Assembly: GCA_009103225.1 (NCBI GenBank)
Contig: RHPI01000260.1
Coordinates: 568,203-632,202, forward strand
Reading direction: 5' to 3'
Length of the DNA: 64,000 nucleotides
Origin: Chlorokybus atmophyticus
Lineage: Eukaryota; Plantae; Mesostigma and Chlorokybus algae
In this document: positions 13,001 through 25,804 of the stretch, one piece after another
Layout of the letters: every line of letters begins with the position of its first letter
How positions within the stretch are numbered: the stretch's first letter is position 1
Translations under genes and position numbers: made by a program
The notes under the pieces: model-generated
Told to the model about the DNA's origin: nothing
Database searches by the model: none
The model's input: only the letters and a program-made list of their open reading frames with translations

Positions 13001-14657
13001 GATCATTGCATCAACACACCACATGCCAGCGTGACAGGCAAAGACGTTACCACTACGAGGCCGTTGTCATGGGAGATGCTGTTGTCCACGAACCACTCGG
13101 CCAACGGTTGCTCGTCAACTGTGGACTACAAACCTGGCAGTGAGTGATTGCGTCGAGAGAGGCACCGCTTTGCAGTCCTCAACAGGCCTGGCTGCTACTG
13201 GCGCACCTCAATCAAGCAGATTGGTAGCGCAGCGAAACCTAACTCGGTCGTTGCGACAGCAGCAGTGTACTGCAAAAAACGAAAAGACACTTTTGTCGTT
13301 TACGTTGACCGCAACTGTATGTTGCTGTCATGCACAATCAACTGAAGCAACGACTCACTTTGTCAAAAGCTTGTGCTGCTGCGGCTGCTGGCGTGCCAAT
13401 GAACGGCAGCGCTGCTTGCTCTAACAGACTCTGCGCATCAAAGGAAAGTTACAACTACATGGAATGGACAACCACATTGCGAGCATGTGTACACGCCACA
13501 CACCTGGATGCCGCCATCTTCGCCATACCGGCCGTGCAGAATGGGGAACACTATGTTTGCTGTCTGCTTCAGTCGTGCAAGAAACTCTGCCGGCGATGCA
13601 AACTTCTCTGCCATGCTACAGAGGCGTCACAATGCCAGTGTGATCAGCTCTGTGCGCTGCATGCAAACTGGCTCATGTCACTTTCAACTCACCCACGCAG
13701 CTTGAAGTCAAAGTCGGACGGCGTGTTGGAGTACATCTGCTTGCAAATGAGGAGTTTGTGGTTTGTGGGAAGGCGTGGTGCGATATGACATTGTGAACAT
13801 GAGTGTGTTCGCGAGGCCACCATGCAATGCATGTGCGCACAATGGCAACACTGATAAAGGTCCTTATGGTACAAACCATGCCTGTGCAGCGGAGATGGCA
13901 TAGAACTGCAGCTCGCGATCCACATAGTAGCAGTCCACCTCGATACCTTCACCCTGTTTGCCAAAAAAGTGTATGTGCATGTATGCATGTGCGCGGGCGC
14001 GCAAGCGCATGCAAAACTGCGTCTGAGTGTGTTGACTGGCAACAGTGCTTTGCATGCACCACATCATTGTTCGGTCAAACACCCACTACTGGACAGCAAG
14101 AGCGAGCTCTGTGTCTGTCCATGTTGTGCATGCTGTTGCTATGCATTGTGCGTTGCAGCAGCACATATACACACAATAATACATACAACGCGCACAGAAC
14201 AGCAAACAAGCTGCACTTTCACCTGCAAATGGTCCAGAGCGCTACGTGCAGAGTTAAGCGAAATTCCTCGCTCTGCCGACGGTCCGCCGCAGATAATGGC
14301 AACGCGCAGAGGTCGGAGGAGGCCGCCATCATCTGCCTCCTTCTCCTCCCTGCTGGCATGCGCAGCAGCGCCGACCGGCTCTCGTGGGGGCAGCGCCGTT
14401 GAGGGCGACGGCGACGAGGAGGAGGAGGAGGAGGAGGAGGAGGACGCCCTGACGCACAACAGCGACAGCCTCCTCCTCCCAGCAAGCACCCAGCTGCCTG
14501 CGCACTCACCAGGCCGCCGCCAGGAGTCTTGCGGCCGACGACAACGGCAATGAGGATGAGGAGCAGGCAAAAGAAGACGATGCCTCTGACGACTTCGCCA
14601 CGTTGCTCCAACCAACGACGACGTCAATGCCCCCGCCGCCGCCCCCGCCGCCGCCAT
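10004..14657 (-). CDS. DDL: Plant-type two-domain D-alanine--D-alanine ligase with plastid transit peptide, intact copy
   Basis: ICGGPSAERGISLNSARS, YSNTPSDFDFKL, PILHGRYGEDGGIQ, VKPARAGSSVGV, FNYRKKYLPTQQVRYHTPPRF, FGGRTSERQVSL, HGGEGEDG, KPASDGCSTGVARL, IEANTVPGMTPSTVLFHQAL. ATG at 14657 is followed by an Ala/Ser/Arg-rich leader. Confidence 0.93.
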
Positions 14658-14668
14658 GCTTGACGACA

Positions 14669-16553
14669 ATGCGCATGTGGCCGTCGTTGTCGTCGTTGGT
14701 AGTGGTGTCGTTATTTTGGCGGGAAAAGCGGCGCATGGCGTCGGCGGAAGCGCTGACGTCGATGGCGGCGGGGAGGGGAGCGCTCATCTGCCTGGAGGGC
14801 ATTGACAGGGCGGGCAAAAGCAGGTGGGTGCCTGCTTGGTTGCTTGCCTGCTGGTGTGGGCCTGTGTGGGCGTGTGCGCACTACACACACACTGGCACGC
14901 ACGCACACACATAGATCTACACCAAACACACGCACATATCAGGACAAACATGTGTGTGCACACATACACATGCTCAGTTGCTTGTGAGTGCATGTTTCAC
15001 ACACACACTTGCGCGCACGCGCAATCTATGCACATATGTTGGGAACTGCTTGTGAATGTTGGGGGGCATGCATGTTGCGACAGTTTGGGTGTACAGGGCA
15101 CAAGACTTGCGCTTCATTAGCTGTTGGCATGGTGCTGCCTGTACTGGCGCAGTGTCTAGAGTCGTGTTTGCGTGCTGCACAGGATTCAACTTATATGCAT
15201 GCATGACAGTGGATGCGAGTGATACTGCTTACCACAAGTGTCCACGCGCAAGCATGCATGAGCGCGCGTGGGTCTGCACAACATGAAAACACGACTATGC
15301 GCATGAACCGCGCATGCGCCCAAGTGTGCTGCGTGCTCTTATAACCATGCAGTCACTCATTATCATGCGCAAACAAGCGCATACGCACGCGCACAGTGTC
15401 ACACAAACATGCAGACACGCACGCTCACACGTACACACGCACACCCACGCTCACAACTGTTGCCTGTTTAATATGACAGCACCGCAGCCAAAGTTGTGGA
15501 AGCCCTGCAATCACGTGGCCACCCCGCCGCCCTATGGCGTTTCCCCGACCGCACCTCCACCACAGGAAGGTAAGCGTGAGATGAGAAATGCCGCTTGCCG
15601 CAGTGACAACTGAAACACACATCCGCTGATTTGGCACATGTGCGCACGCAGGGTGCTGGACGCGCACTTGGTCGACGCCAAGACCCCCCTCGACGACCAC
15701 GCGACGCACCTGCTCTTCTCCGCCAACCGATGGGAGAAGGCGCCCGCGCTGAGACAGGCACGGGCTCTAGGGTCTGTTCTGCATGCGAGGCCGCGCAGCG
15801 TGGCGGGTGTGGGGTTGTTGTGATGTTGTGGGTGGGTGTGGTGATGCAGACGCTGCTGGAAGGGGTGAGTGTTGTACTGGATCGGTACGCGCATTCGGGC
15901 GTGGCGTTCTCAGGTGCGTGCACCATAAACGTGTGTCAGCTTCAATCGTGGTCCGTTGTGTGTGCTGCCTTTACGTCAACAGTCAACATTAAACTACACG
16001 TGTGCGCGTGCGCAGTCACCCATGTGCACGCACGCGTATGCATGCTGGTGCTTGTGTGTGTGTTGGTGTGTGTGCATATATGTGTGTGTGCGCGCACAGG
16101 GGTGCGTGCCTGCGTGCGTTCCCCAACAAGAGTGTGTCAGCATAAACAACTGTGGTGTTGTTGTGCAGTGGCGAAGGGGTTGCCTCTCGATTGGTGTTTG
16201 GGTGCCGACAGAGGGCTTCCCGCCCCGGACTTGTTCGTGTACCTGCAGTTGGATCCAGACGTGGCCGCACGGCGAGGTGACTACGGCAAAGAGCGCTACG
16301 AGCGTCTCGAGTTTCAAGTAAGTAAGCCACTCCTGTCACACAACATACCCACACCACCATATGCACAACTGACTCTCACATTTTTCAGCGTGAGGTTGCC
16401 AATGCGTACGGGCGCCTTCGCCACGCCAGCTGGAAAACCGTCAACGCGGATCAGCCGCCCGAAGCGGTTTGGAACGCGGTTGTCCCGCTCGCGCTGGAGG
16501 CGGCCGCCGCGTGCAGACAAGGCGCCAAAATCAAGACGCTGTGGGACACTTGA
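14669..16553 (+). CDS. TMPK: Thymidylate kinase (dTMP kinase), intact copy; in-frame ATGs at 14669, 14735 and 14762
   Basis: RGALICLEGIDRAGKS (P-loop), LWRFPDRT, LDDHATHLLFSANRWE, VLDRYAHSGVAFS, GLPAPD, RGDYGKERYERLEFQ; stop at 16551-16553. Confidence 0.93.
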
Positions 16554-17538
16554 ACACACGTTCTGTGATCATACAAACTCGTTTGAGCACACATCCATGT
16601 GACAAGTGAGCAGGCAGCATTGCGCAGGGTTAAGTAGTAGGGGCAAATGCTGGTGCGGCGCTTTGGTACACACGCAGGCAAAGGCAATCGTGTGACCGGC
16701 ATGCATGACAACAAGCGGATCCGACACAACATGAACCACTGTGAAATGGGGCATGCGCGCGGCTGTGCTGGAGCATGATATGGCGTTCTTGCGAGTACCT
16801 TGAGATAGAGGGCTTGCCGTTGTCTTCAGGGGTAGTTATAAAACACATCATGCGGACTAAACCGTCGCTCAGAAGCCCACACTTGGCATGCAACTGGTGT
16901 TGCATGGGCAGACGGCTTGTTGAATAAACGTGCATGATGGCTCGCTGTCCAAAGCTCAACAAAAGAACACAAGCTGTATCGCAAATCAATAGTCAGAATG
17001 CAACAATAGCGCTTGCCCTGGCCAGTTTCACACTGAGTACATGGAGCTGGATAACCTGTCGTGCCCCCCAACAAGACATGAAGGCGGCAGCAGTCAGCTA
17101 GCAATGCATGCTCCCCCAAGGCTTGTGCAACCGTGTGCTAAGTAACAAGCTTCTCTCTTCTTTCCTTACACAGTTCTTGTGGTTGTCAACAGGTTGTCAA
17201 CCAGGTGTCCATCAGCAAAAGAGAATAACGTTGCATCTTGTTTTGTTGACAAAGGACAAGAGTCAAAAGGCAGGCACTAACAACAGTGCTTTGAAGAGTG
17301 CCATTTGCACACGCCTTTCGGAACATTGCTGCTTGCTCTGCTCCATTGCTGTGCTGAATTAGTTGCTTACTCTGTCGCATGCAAGCATGCATATGAGCTT
17401 AAAGCAGCTGTAAACGCATGTGTGTGAAAGGAAACCCCTACCGTAAGTACACAGGTACATGTACGTGTACATGGTCTGTGCATGTCAATGCATGCCTGTG
17501 CTTCTGAGTGCTGTCACAACGGCGGCAGCGGCGGCGGC

Positions 17539-19135
17539 ATGGAGCTCCTGGCCAGCGAGCTCCTTATCGAGGAGGTGTTCTATCGTGTGAGCGGAAGCGA
17601 GCTGGCTCGTTGCGCTTGCGTCTGCCGCGTCTGGCGGCGCAGCAGGAGGCGCTCTGGAAGAGGCTCTGCCTGCAGCACTACCCTGTAGCTGAGGTGGTGT
17701 GTAGGCAGAGAAGTGTAATGATCAACTTGTTAGCGAGAGCGTTTAATAGATTTAAAAGAAGCGATGTGGTGAGTGACAATCACAAGGCAATTGCTTTGCC
17801 GTAGGAGTATTGTTTGTCGTGCTTTGGCTTCACAGTCACATTGTCTACGATGCCGAGTAATGCTGCATGACTCACATGCTCCTTAGCTTAAGTAATATGG
17901 GTTGCATGCTTGCTTAGCTCAAGCTCAAGTAGCATGTGACGCATGCGAGCTGGTCGGCACCATGACATCAAACGTGCAGATCCTGCTTGTAAGCATGCTG
18001 TGGGACACCAAAGCACAAGCACGTGCATGTGCACACATACTTGTGCTTGTGTGCTGCCAGATAATAAACCTTTTCCACGCAAGTCCTCACACAACCGCAA
18101 CAGCCAACCAAAACTCAGCTCTTCCAGGACTTGATGAGGCTTGGCTCTGTGTGTATGTGTGGGCATGCGCGTGTGCATTTCCATGCGTCAATGCCTGCGT
18201 GCGAGGGCGTGTACTACGTACATAGTGTGTATGTTTGTGTGTGCATGTGCGCGTGCGGGTGTCTACCACCCTAACAGCATGATACTTGCAGCACGGTGCC
18301 TTCAGCATCAAATGTCAACACTCATTGTCAACACTAACTCAACTTGGATTTCAACACTGCACTGTGCACAGTCTGTGCAAGCTACAGCACAGTGTCTTTG
18401 AATGTTCTCATGTCAAGCCCTATTCGTACCCTAACTTGACCAGCTCTGAATGTGTCTCTCTCAGGTGCATGAGAAGATAGGCACTGGATACCACCGCGGT
18501 TGTATGCACAGTTTCAGAACATACACGCATGACGCGCATTGACAACCGTGAGACTGATGTAGCGGGCTATCTGTACACCATCACTGTGGTGGTGGATGGA
18601 GCTGCTTACTGCAATACAGCTGAACAGGTAAGCCAGAAGACACGTCATCCATGTTGGTCAAGATGTGTCCAAGTATAAATATCATATATCAATGATGTGT
18701 CTGTCGGCTGTTATGCTAGGATCGCTGGCCATGTTCTTTGAAGATTTCCGCCGAATGTTGGAGGAGCCAAGCCACCTCCATGACCACGTCGCTGACCATG
18801 TCAATGTTGTGGTGCAAGTTGTGCGGCGCAGAGACGGCAAGATGGCATGCTTGTTCAATACCAACAGAATGAATGCTGACCGGCGCAAACTTGAATGTTG
18901 GCTAGTGATGAGAGCGGAAATGGCGAGGCAACGGTCACAGTTTGCAAGCCTGACGCGCAGTTTGGATCATTCGCTGTTGTGTACTGTGGATCTCTTTTTT
19001 GAGCCTGGAGAAAGCGAGTTGGAGAAACGTCTTGCTCGGTTGAAAGTTTGGTTTTCAGCCGATCAAGACGCTGCCGAGTTCTCCCCACAGCAACTCGATA
19101 CATTGTTGGCCAGCAATCTCATCACCTGGTGTTGA
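17539..19135 (+). pseudogene. F-box protein, frameshifted copy A
   Basis: ELARCACVCRVW...LWKRLC F-box-like motif. A 7-nt deletion relative to copy B near 17635 shifts the frame. Last exon contains VRRRDGKMACLF. Confidence 0.7.
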
Positions 19136-21879
19136 CTGTCAGTACTACACTCACAGATACCATACAACAAGCTGTTGCATGCCAACTTGTGTCACACGCA
19201 GGCGAGTGACAAAGTGACATTACCATGCAAGTCGCTCAACTTGGTTCACATAAAGATTGGTGCTGGTGCTGGCATGTTCATATGGTCGTGCTGATAGCCT
19301 TCGTGTATGTTAACGCTCGATATCTACTTGAAAATGTGAATCCCGAGCCCTGCTTCTCTGGCATGCAAATAAACACATCTCCTCATGTCTTAGGCTGTGC
19401 GCCCTTGGGCTTGTGCATGTGAGGCAACTTGTCCAAGATGGCGGCGATGCAGCAATATGTGTGTCCCAGTAGGAGTGGGGCTACATCCATGAGCGTCGGC
19501 CTCCTCACAGCAAATGTGGACGAGGAAGTGGAGGTGACAGAGCCGTGGTGGGGCGGTACAGCGTTGGTAATCCCATCGCCCCAGCTCGTCCGACTATTGA
19601 CTGATGGGTGGCCTTGCTAGTACACGCCAGTATATTGGTCACCTCTCCGTTGTGGCAGACCCATACATATGCGCATGTATGAACCGATAGGGGAGAATAA
19701 GCCTGGCAGTTACTAGTAGTACTCTACCACACCTTTTTACTGGGTGGGAGGAGCGACGCAACGCTGGTGTCACCCAATCAAAGTGATCTTCCCGGAGTGT
19801 CCTCTTTCCCGAATATGTAGAGGGTTGTGCCAGCCTGGTGAGCCTACCTGGTGACTCGCGTGCGCGTAGTGTGAGCAACAGCGTTGTGTACGAGATTGCC
19901 CTGCACTGCACCGCTCCGTGGTGCGATTGCACACCAAGCCTCCTGATCTTGATGATGACGCAGGCTAGGACTCTTGTGAATAACTGTACATGTGCAATTG
20001 TAACACTTGTGCTCTATGTGCAATGCATCGGAGATGTTGCTCGCTGTGTGTTGACGCCCTGGTCGTGCCTCAAATGTGTAAAATGAATGTTGCCCAGCAC
20101 TACTCGCTCCCCTATTATCCATGATAATAAAGAGGTGTGCTAATGGGGCAATGATAAGACACAACGATTGTTCCACTGGTAGTTGTAAAGCTTACAAGTC
20201 AGCAACAGTTATGCATGTCGTGCATTCACAATACGATGATCCCGTGAATGGGCACAGAACGAATCACTCGGAGTTGGTGCTAAGTCACTCTCAATGCTGT
20301 CTGCATGCACCTCAACCGTAGCAATGCAAGCATGCAATGCACAGTACCGTACGGATTGCTGGTGCAGAGAGAACAGGGTCGGCTTTAGGTATACTAGTAG
20401 TGTCGGGTCGGTTGCAATGTGTGCGGAACAGCTGCAGGCTTCTCGTTGGCATGCACTATACCCACGATATCAACATACTCTCACAACACTCATACTCCTC
20501 AAGTCAAGAACAACTGCTATTGCAATAGAGTGTAAGAAGGGGTATACACTCTAAGTAGCCAACCACAAGCTATGGAGAAAGCTAAGAGTCAGCAACGTGT
20601 CGCCAAAGAAAAAGGAAGAGAGACTTGCATTACCAACTGATTAATTGAGAATGCTAGCTGAGTACTAACCACCTACCACTGAGCAGTCACAACGACTGTA
20701 ATTGCAGAAATCGTCTGTCTTTTTACATCCCGTTTGTTGATTTGCGCGGGAAGCCCTCGAGGCTTCTACGTTGTTAATGATGACTGCAGTCGATCGGGAT
20801 GCGGACAGTTAGTGGTTCCAACACTGCATCGCGCTAGCTGATGTGGTGGTCTTTCAAGGCAGAGTTTGCCCTAACCGCATGCGCATGGTCGTGCATGATG
20901 TCGGGGGCGGGCAGCTCTAACGCATATGAGCTCGCGAGGGAGGAGCTGAGGCACAAGCCCAGGCGTCAGCGTAATATCTGACCTAGTGTAAGCGCGGTGA
21001 GGGAGGCTCTCGCAGCCAGCATGGCCGCAGCGCCTCGCCAGTATGTATGGCCTAAGCGCGGGGAGGTGCCTATATTGAGTGCAGGCCGCATAGGGCATGA
21101 AGGGGAACTCAACCCCTTGTGCGTAAGTGGTCTGATAGCCCCACTGGTGAGCGATCTCGTAGACTATGGGCGGGGCATGATCCGCCCGCCATGTCCTCCT
21201 GTGTACTGGACTGCGCTCCGTCGGCATGGTCATCGCGTTCAGCAACACTTGTACCTAAAGTGGTACGTGCATGGGATTATGGTGCAAATGTCAACGCCTA
21301 GTGACTAACATAGTGTGTACGGAGGACTCTGGTGGATGTGATCCCCGTGGACTCATACAGCCTCCTCTGCTTTGGTAAGAGGGTGCGGAGCGGCGATGGT
21401 GTCCCACTCCCGAGATGCCCTTCCCTGGTTGCCCATTCCCTTTAGCCTGTTCGTACACATGTGTGTACCAACAGGCTGTCGCGACCGGCACAAGGTCTTC
21501 CCATGGAAGCTTTGCCGTGATGTGGACAGAGGCAATGTCCGCGAGACTTGTATAAATTAGCCCTAGTGCTGGTGCGTGTCAATACTTGTATTCCTCAACG
21601 GTCTGCCTAGTACAACACTGTACGTGTCGAGTGCTCATGGCAACGAGTGCTCATGGCATGACATTATAAGGTGCTGGCGCGTGTCACAATCTGAATCTCT
21701 ATAATTGCTCTTGTCTTATGCTGCAATGCTGGGGCATGCATACACGCAGTTACTATGATACCTACATATCAACACAGATCATTAGGACACTCATCAATGA
21801 TGAATTGCAGCTCGCTAGCAGCTAGTCTAATACCCCACATCATGCAATGCGCCAAGGGGGGGGTGGGGGGGGGGGGGGT

Positions 21880-22530
21880 CTACGATTGTCTGAAAACCAC
21901 GCTAGGTACAAGTTCTCCCTGAAGATCCGTTGTGAAGAACTGTGTCAAAGCGAAAAGCAGCAGCACGAACACAACCTGCGTGTTCATGATAGCAAAGTGG
22001 CTGATGCTGCCGCCAATCTCCGCCCAGCTGCCGTGATCACGCACGAGAAACAAGAAATGTATTGCCATCACGTTGTACAACAACAAGAGCATGAAGTAGA
22101 GTCCGAGGCGCGGGAGGTTGCCCATGCGCAAGACCCCCGCAAAGGCGCACGTCACCAACACGAAGCGCACCATCAGCTTGCCCAGCAACAACACCGTCAT
22201 CAGCCATGGGTAAGAATGGTAGTGAACCGATACACGGATGAGATCTCAAAGCTGGCCATGCTCGCGATGTTGGCCGCGCCGAAGAAGGCCATGTTGACCA
22301 GAATCAGGAAGAGAAAAATGCAATGCGGGCGTCCCGCAGGTGCAGCCAAGTTGCGTGTGCTTTGATGTGATGGGAAGCATTTTTGAACTGCTTTCGGTTG
22401 CGGTCGGCAGCGTGGCCGCTGTTGGGTTGAGTTCGGGAAGCCTGTCAGCTTTGTACAACACCCACCCCATGAGTGTTGCGGCCAGCGCGCAGTAGAACAG
22501 AGACTCGTACGATATGCTGGGCATCAAGGG
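21880..22530 (-). pseudogene. PIGN: C-terminal fragment of GPI ethanolamine-phosphate transferase 1 (PIGN), degenerate
   Basis: KLMVRFVLVTCAF, HFLFLVRDHGSWAEIGGSISHF, VVFVLLLFALT match the plant PIGN C-terminus. Frameshifts present; ~865 bp deleted relative to unit 2. Confidence 0.85.
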
Positions 22531-22574
22531 ACACATGTACACTATCCCAACATCCCAACATGTGGGTGACGCGC

Positions 22575-22950
22575 GGAAGCGGTCTACCTTGGTGGCGAAG
22601 CCGCTGATGGCCCCGCCGTCGCCGTGCGCGGGGCTCGTCAAGGGGTTGGAGGCGTGAGGGCCAGACCCCTCGCTGTTGTAGAAACCGGGGCCGGGAGTGT
22701 ACTTGGAGGAGGTGCGGGAGTGATGAACACGTGTGCGTGTGCGTGTGCGTGTGTGCGCGCGCGCGTGTGCGCACGTATTACTCGGGTGTTCGTGCGTGCG
22801 TGTGTGTTGTGGCAAACAACTTGTGTGCGAAGACGTTGGATGTGCTCAAGTTGTGTACCTGATGGCGTTGTTGAGGGAGCGCTCGCGGATGGACGAGAAG
22901 GGCGCGTACGCATGGTTGCGGGAGTATTGCGCAATATCCACGTAGCTGAG
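22575..22950 (-). pseudogene. Fragment of a sperm-tail PG-rich repeat (STPG2/SHIPPO-like) gene
   Basis: Exons AYAPFSSIRERSLNNAI and SSKYTPGPGFYN. The splice acceptor is mutated (CCGCAC versus CCGCAG in unit 2). Confidence 0.65.
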
Positions 22951-24599
22951 AATAGTAACAACCCAGTCAACAACAACAGACGTCATCACGACTGTGCAGT
23001 GCAGCTCAGAACCCATAGGGTACAACCACGAATATGCCATCACTTTCACAGTACTGAACACACGCACACACACAATAGGATATCTTCAAGGCCCGACAGT
23101 CTCCCGCGCCTGCTGCCGGCAGTCATGCCCTCCAGGCCTTTCTTGGGCGACCGCGTGATAAACGCCAGTATGATTGAACCCAACCACTCCACAGTTGTAA
23201 CCGTTGTGGGCCACAACTTGTGGGCTTGGAGCTGATCCTGAGTTCAGTGCTTAGATCAAACTGTGGCTCTGCTAACAGCTCAACACCCGCTTGCACTCTA
23301 TCCTTTTTACACATCCCAACACGTGCAACCATCGAGGGGTCTCTCAGTGATGAACAGGCTTTGTGTCTCTTTCGCTTCGAGTCTGGTCAAGCGGCCAGCT
23401 CAGGCACCACACCTCACCAGCATCAGGCTACCACAGGCTGTACCTTGACTTCACCTCCCTCTCCTTTAAATTCCTCCTCCTCCTCCGCCGCCGCCGCCGC
23501 CGCCAGGGCGTGGGGCCCTTGACTCCCCCACCGCTCGACACGTGTCCCCCAAGTTGGCGCGCACGTGACTCGTACTTGATATAAATAGACCTTGTGCCAG
23601 CTTGATATCGAGTGTACAGTCAAGTGTACACTTGGCGCCGGAAGTGATGCGAGGTGTACGCATGTTGCTCAAGTGGTGGTGGCGGCCCTGTGGCGGCGGC
23701 GGCGGAGGAGGAGGAGGAGAAGAAGGAGGCTGCATGCACGCCAGATTACCCAACCCCACAGGACCCGATAATAGTTTTGATCAATATCAATTGCGGCAGT
23801 AGCAATAGCAGGCTGACGAGCTGAACTCCCTCCGTCCCTCCCTCTCGCCCTCCGCCCCCTCTCTTCCATTTCACACAGTCCTCTCCTCCCCAACCCTGGC
23901 CTGCCGCTGCTACGTCAGCAGCGTTTGCGGTGCCGAGCGGCAGTGCGGCAGCATGCCATGGCCGTCATGTAGACGGTAGTGGTGTGATGTGGGGGTTGTA
24001 TTCTGCTGTCAGTTGGGTAATAAGCGGCGGTTCTCGCAGCGTAACAGCACGCTACATTGGTATATATCGCAGAGAGATGATGCAATATTATTGTAATCGA
24101 TCCGCAAGAGGCCGTCGGCAATAGCCAAAACTATCTAAGCGCGGGCGCATACTCGTGATCTGCCTCACAACCCACTGCCCAGCTCCACACCATGCGACCT
24201 ATACCCACAAGATCTACGTCTTGAGCAGTATGCTTAAGGACCAGCCCACATACTAGCTTACCGACCAACATCTGTCGCGGGTCCATCAATAAGGTGCACG
24301 GCGCTGAGGAACCGGCTCACTGACTACACGCGTGCTTGATGATGTTTTATTGCAAGTCATCCTGCATGCCATGGCACATCAAGTATACAGCCAACAGCAC
24401 TTGTCGTGCATCATGCAAAATATGCACAGAGCTAATAAAGGGCAGCACTGCTGCATACCGAGTGCGCTCCTCTGTGACAACCATGGAATGAACAAGATGC
24501 CCCCATCTCTATTGTGACCTTGACAAGCCCTGCAAAGACCATCACCATTCAAGTACAAACAACAGTTTAATGCACAACGTCAACTTTGCCTCTTAGGCA

Positions 24600-25385
24600 T
24601 TGCATGCACAAGACCACCTACCCTGTTTCCCTTGCACATCCAAGGTCAGAAGCACAGTCAACTGTCTGGCATACTCAGCGAAGGCAGGCCAAGCAGTATG
24701 GCTGCTGTTTCTGATGGGAACTGCTGAAGCAGGAACCTCCTGTGCGCTGCTATGCACCTTCTTGGCCTCATCTTGGATGTCGTCCTGCAGCGATGTCCAG
24801 CATTGGAACAACGCAGCGAGTTTGCGCAGCATCCACCTTCATGTGACATGCACCTCGTGCAGCTTACCTGGCCAGCTATCCAGGTAAACATTCCAGCAGC
24901 CAGGAGTATGAAAGGCACAAACTTAGGTATTCGCGCGTAGATCAGCACAAGCAGCCATAAACTGCAGTAGCTCTTCTAGGTAGCGTTGTGGAGGCAAGGC
25001 CTTCGAGCACGGGCAGAATCTGCACCAAAGGCAGTGTCTCTGAAGGGCCATTAATATGCATGCCACTGCGCTGACAGCATTGTCTCGCACACCTGTCAGG
25101 TCTGGACTCATTGCTTACATGCAACTCTATTGGTTGACTGCATCTTGCAACGAACAAAATCCCATGCTTACCGAGTTTCGTCCTCGGGTGCAAACAACAG
25201 GTGCAAGGCTTGCAGAAGTGAAGACATGTATGGCAGAGCCTGGTCCGCGCCAGGCTCGAGACAGCTTGCCAGTGCATACTGCGCCTGTTGGTGCTCTGAT
25301 TGCTCGCGCACTCCTTTACAGCCAAAGCACTCTTTGCGCACAAAATATGCAACACCATTGCGAGTGATGTCCACGGCATCACTCA
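24600..25385 (-). pseudogene. Importin-beta family (importin-4-like) C-terminal HEAT-repeat fragment
   Basis: TRNGVAYFV, LPYMSSLLQALHLLF, PDLTGVRDNAVSAVACI, ALP resemble the importin-4 VRDNAAGA...LP region. Broken by stops. Confidence 0.55.
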
Positions 25386-25804
25386 ACAAGCAACACTACC
25401 ATCGTGCTAACAGTGTGCACCCCTCGGATGTTCATTGCTGAACTGCTTGCCTTGTCGCCGTTCCAAACCAGCAAATTTGCGTACACAGTTGTAGCCGCAA
25501 CACGAGCACAACATGCTGCAACATGCACATACCGCAAGCATCATGAGTGAATTGGAGTGTTCCTGCCAGAACAAGGCGTAGTGCTCTTTCTCAGCACATA
25601 AGCCATAATGGGCAAGTCGTTTGCACTGCAGCATTCATCAACACATCATCGTCCTGAGCTGCATCCTCCTCAGCGTCACTATCTCCTCATCCTGCAGCAA
25701 GCGTTGAAAAGTGAGAGCAAAGAGTTGCCTACAGCACGACAGCAAGAGAAAATCACACGTCTTTTGAACACAACAGGTCAAGAGAGAACACCATCCAACA
25801 AAGA

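Noticed and set aside
14139-14817. Overlapping Pro/Gly/Glu-rich ORFs on both strands
   Set aside because: Alternative frames of the GC-rich Ddl leader and TMPK exon 1.
16560-17500. Short ORFs between TMPK and F-box, partly conserved at 61200-62050
   Set aside because: No recognisable motif; conservation is explained by the segmental duplication.
21119-21301. GANVNA ankyrin-like motif
   Set aside because: Six residues only, with no surrounding ankyrin consensus.
21790-25700. Autonomous Helitron or retrotransposon explaining the fragment mosaic
   Set aside because: No Rep/helicase, RT, integrase or recognisable termini were found in the window.
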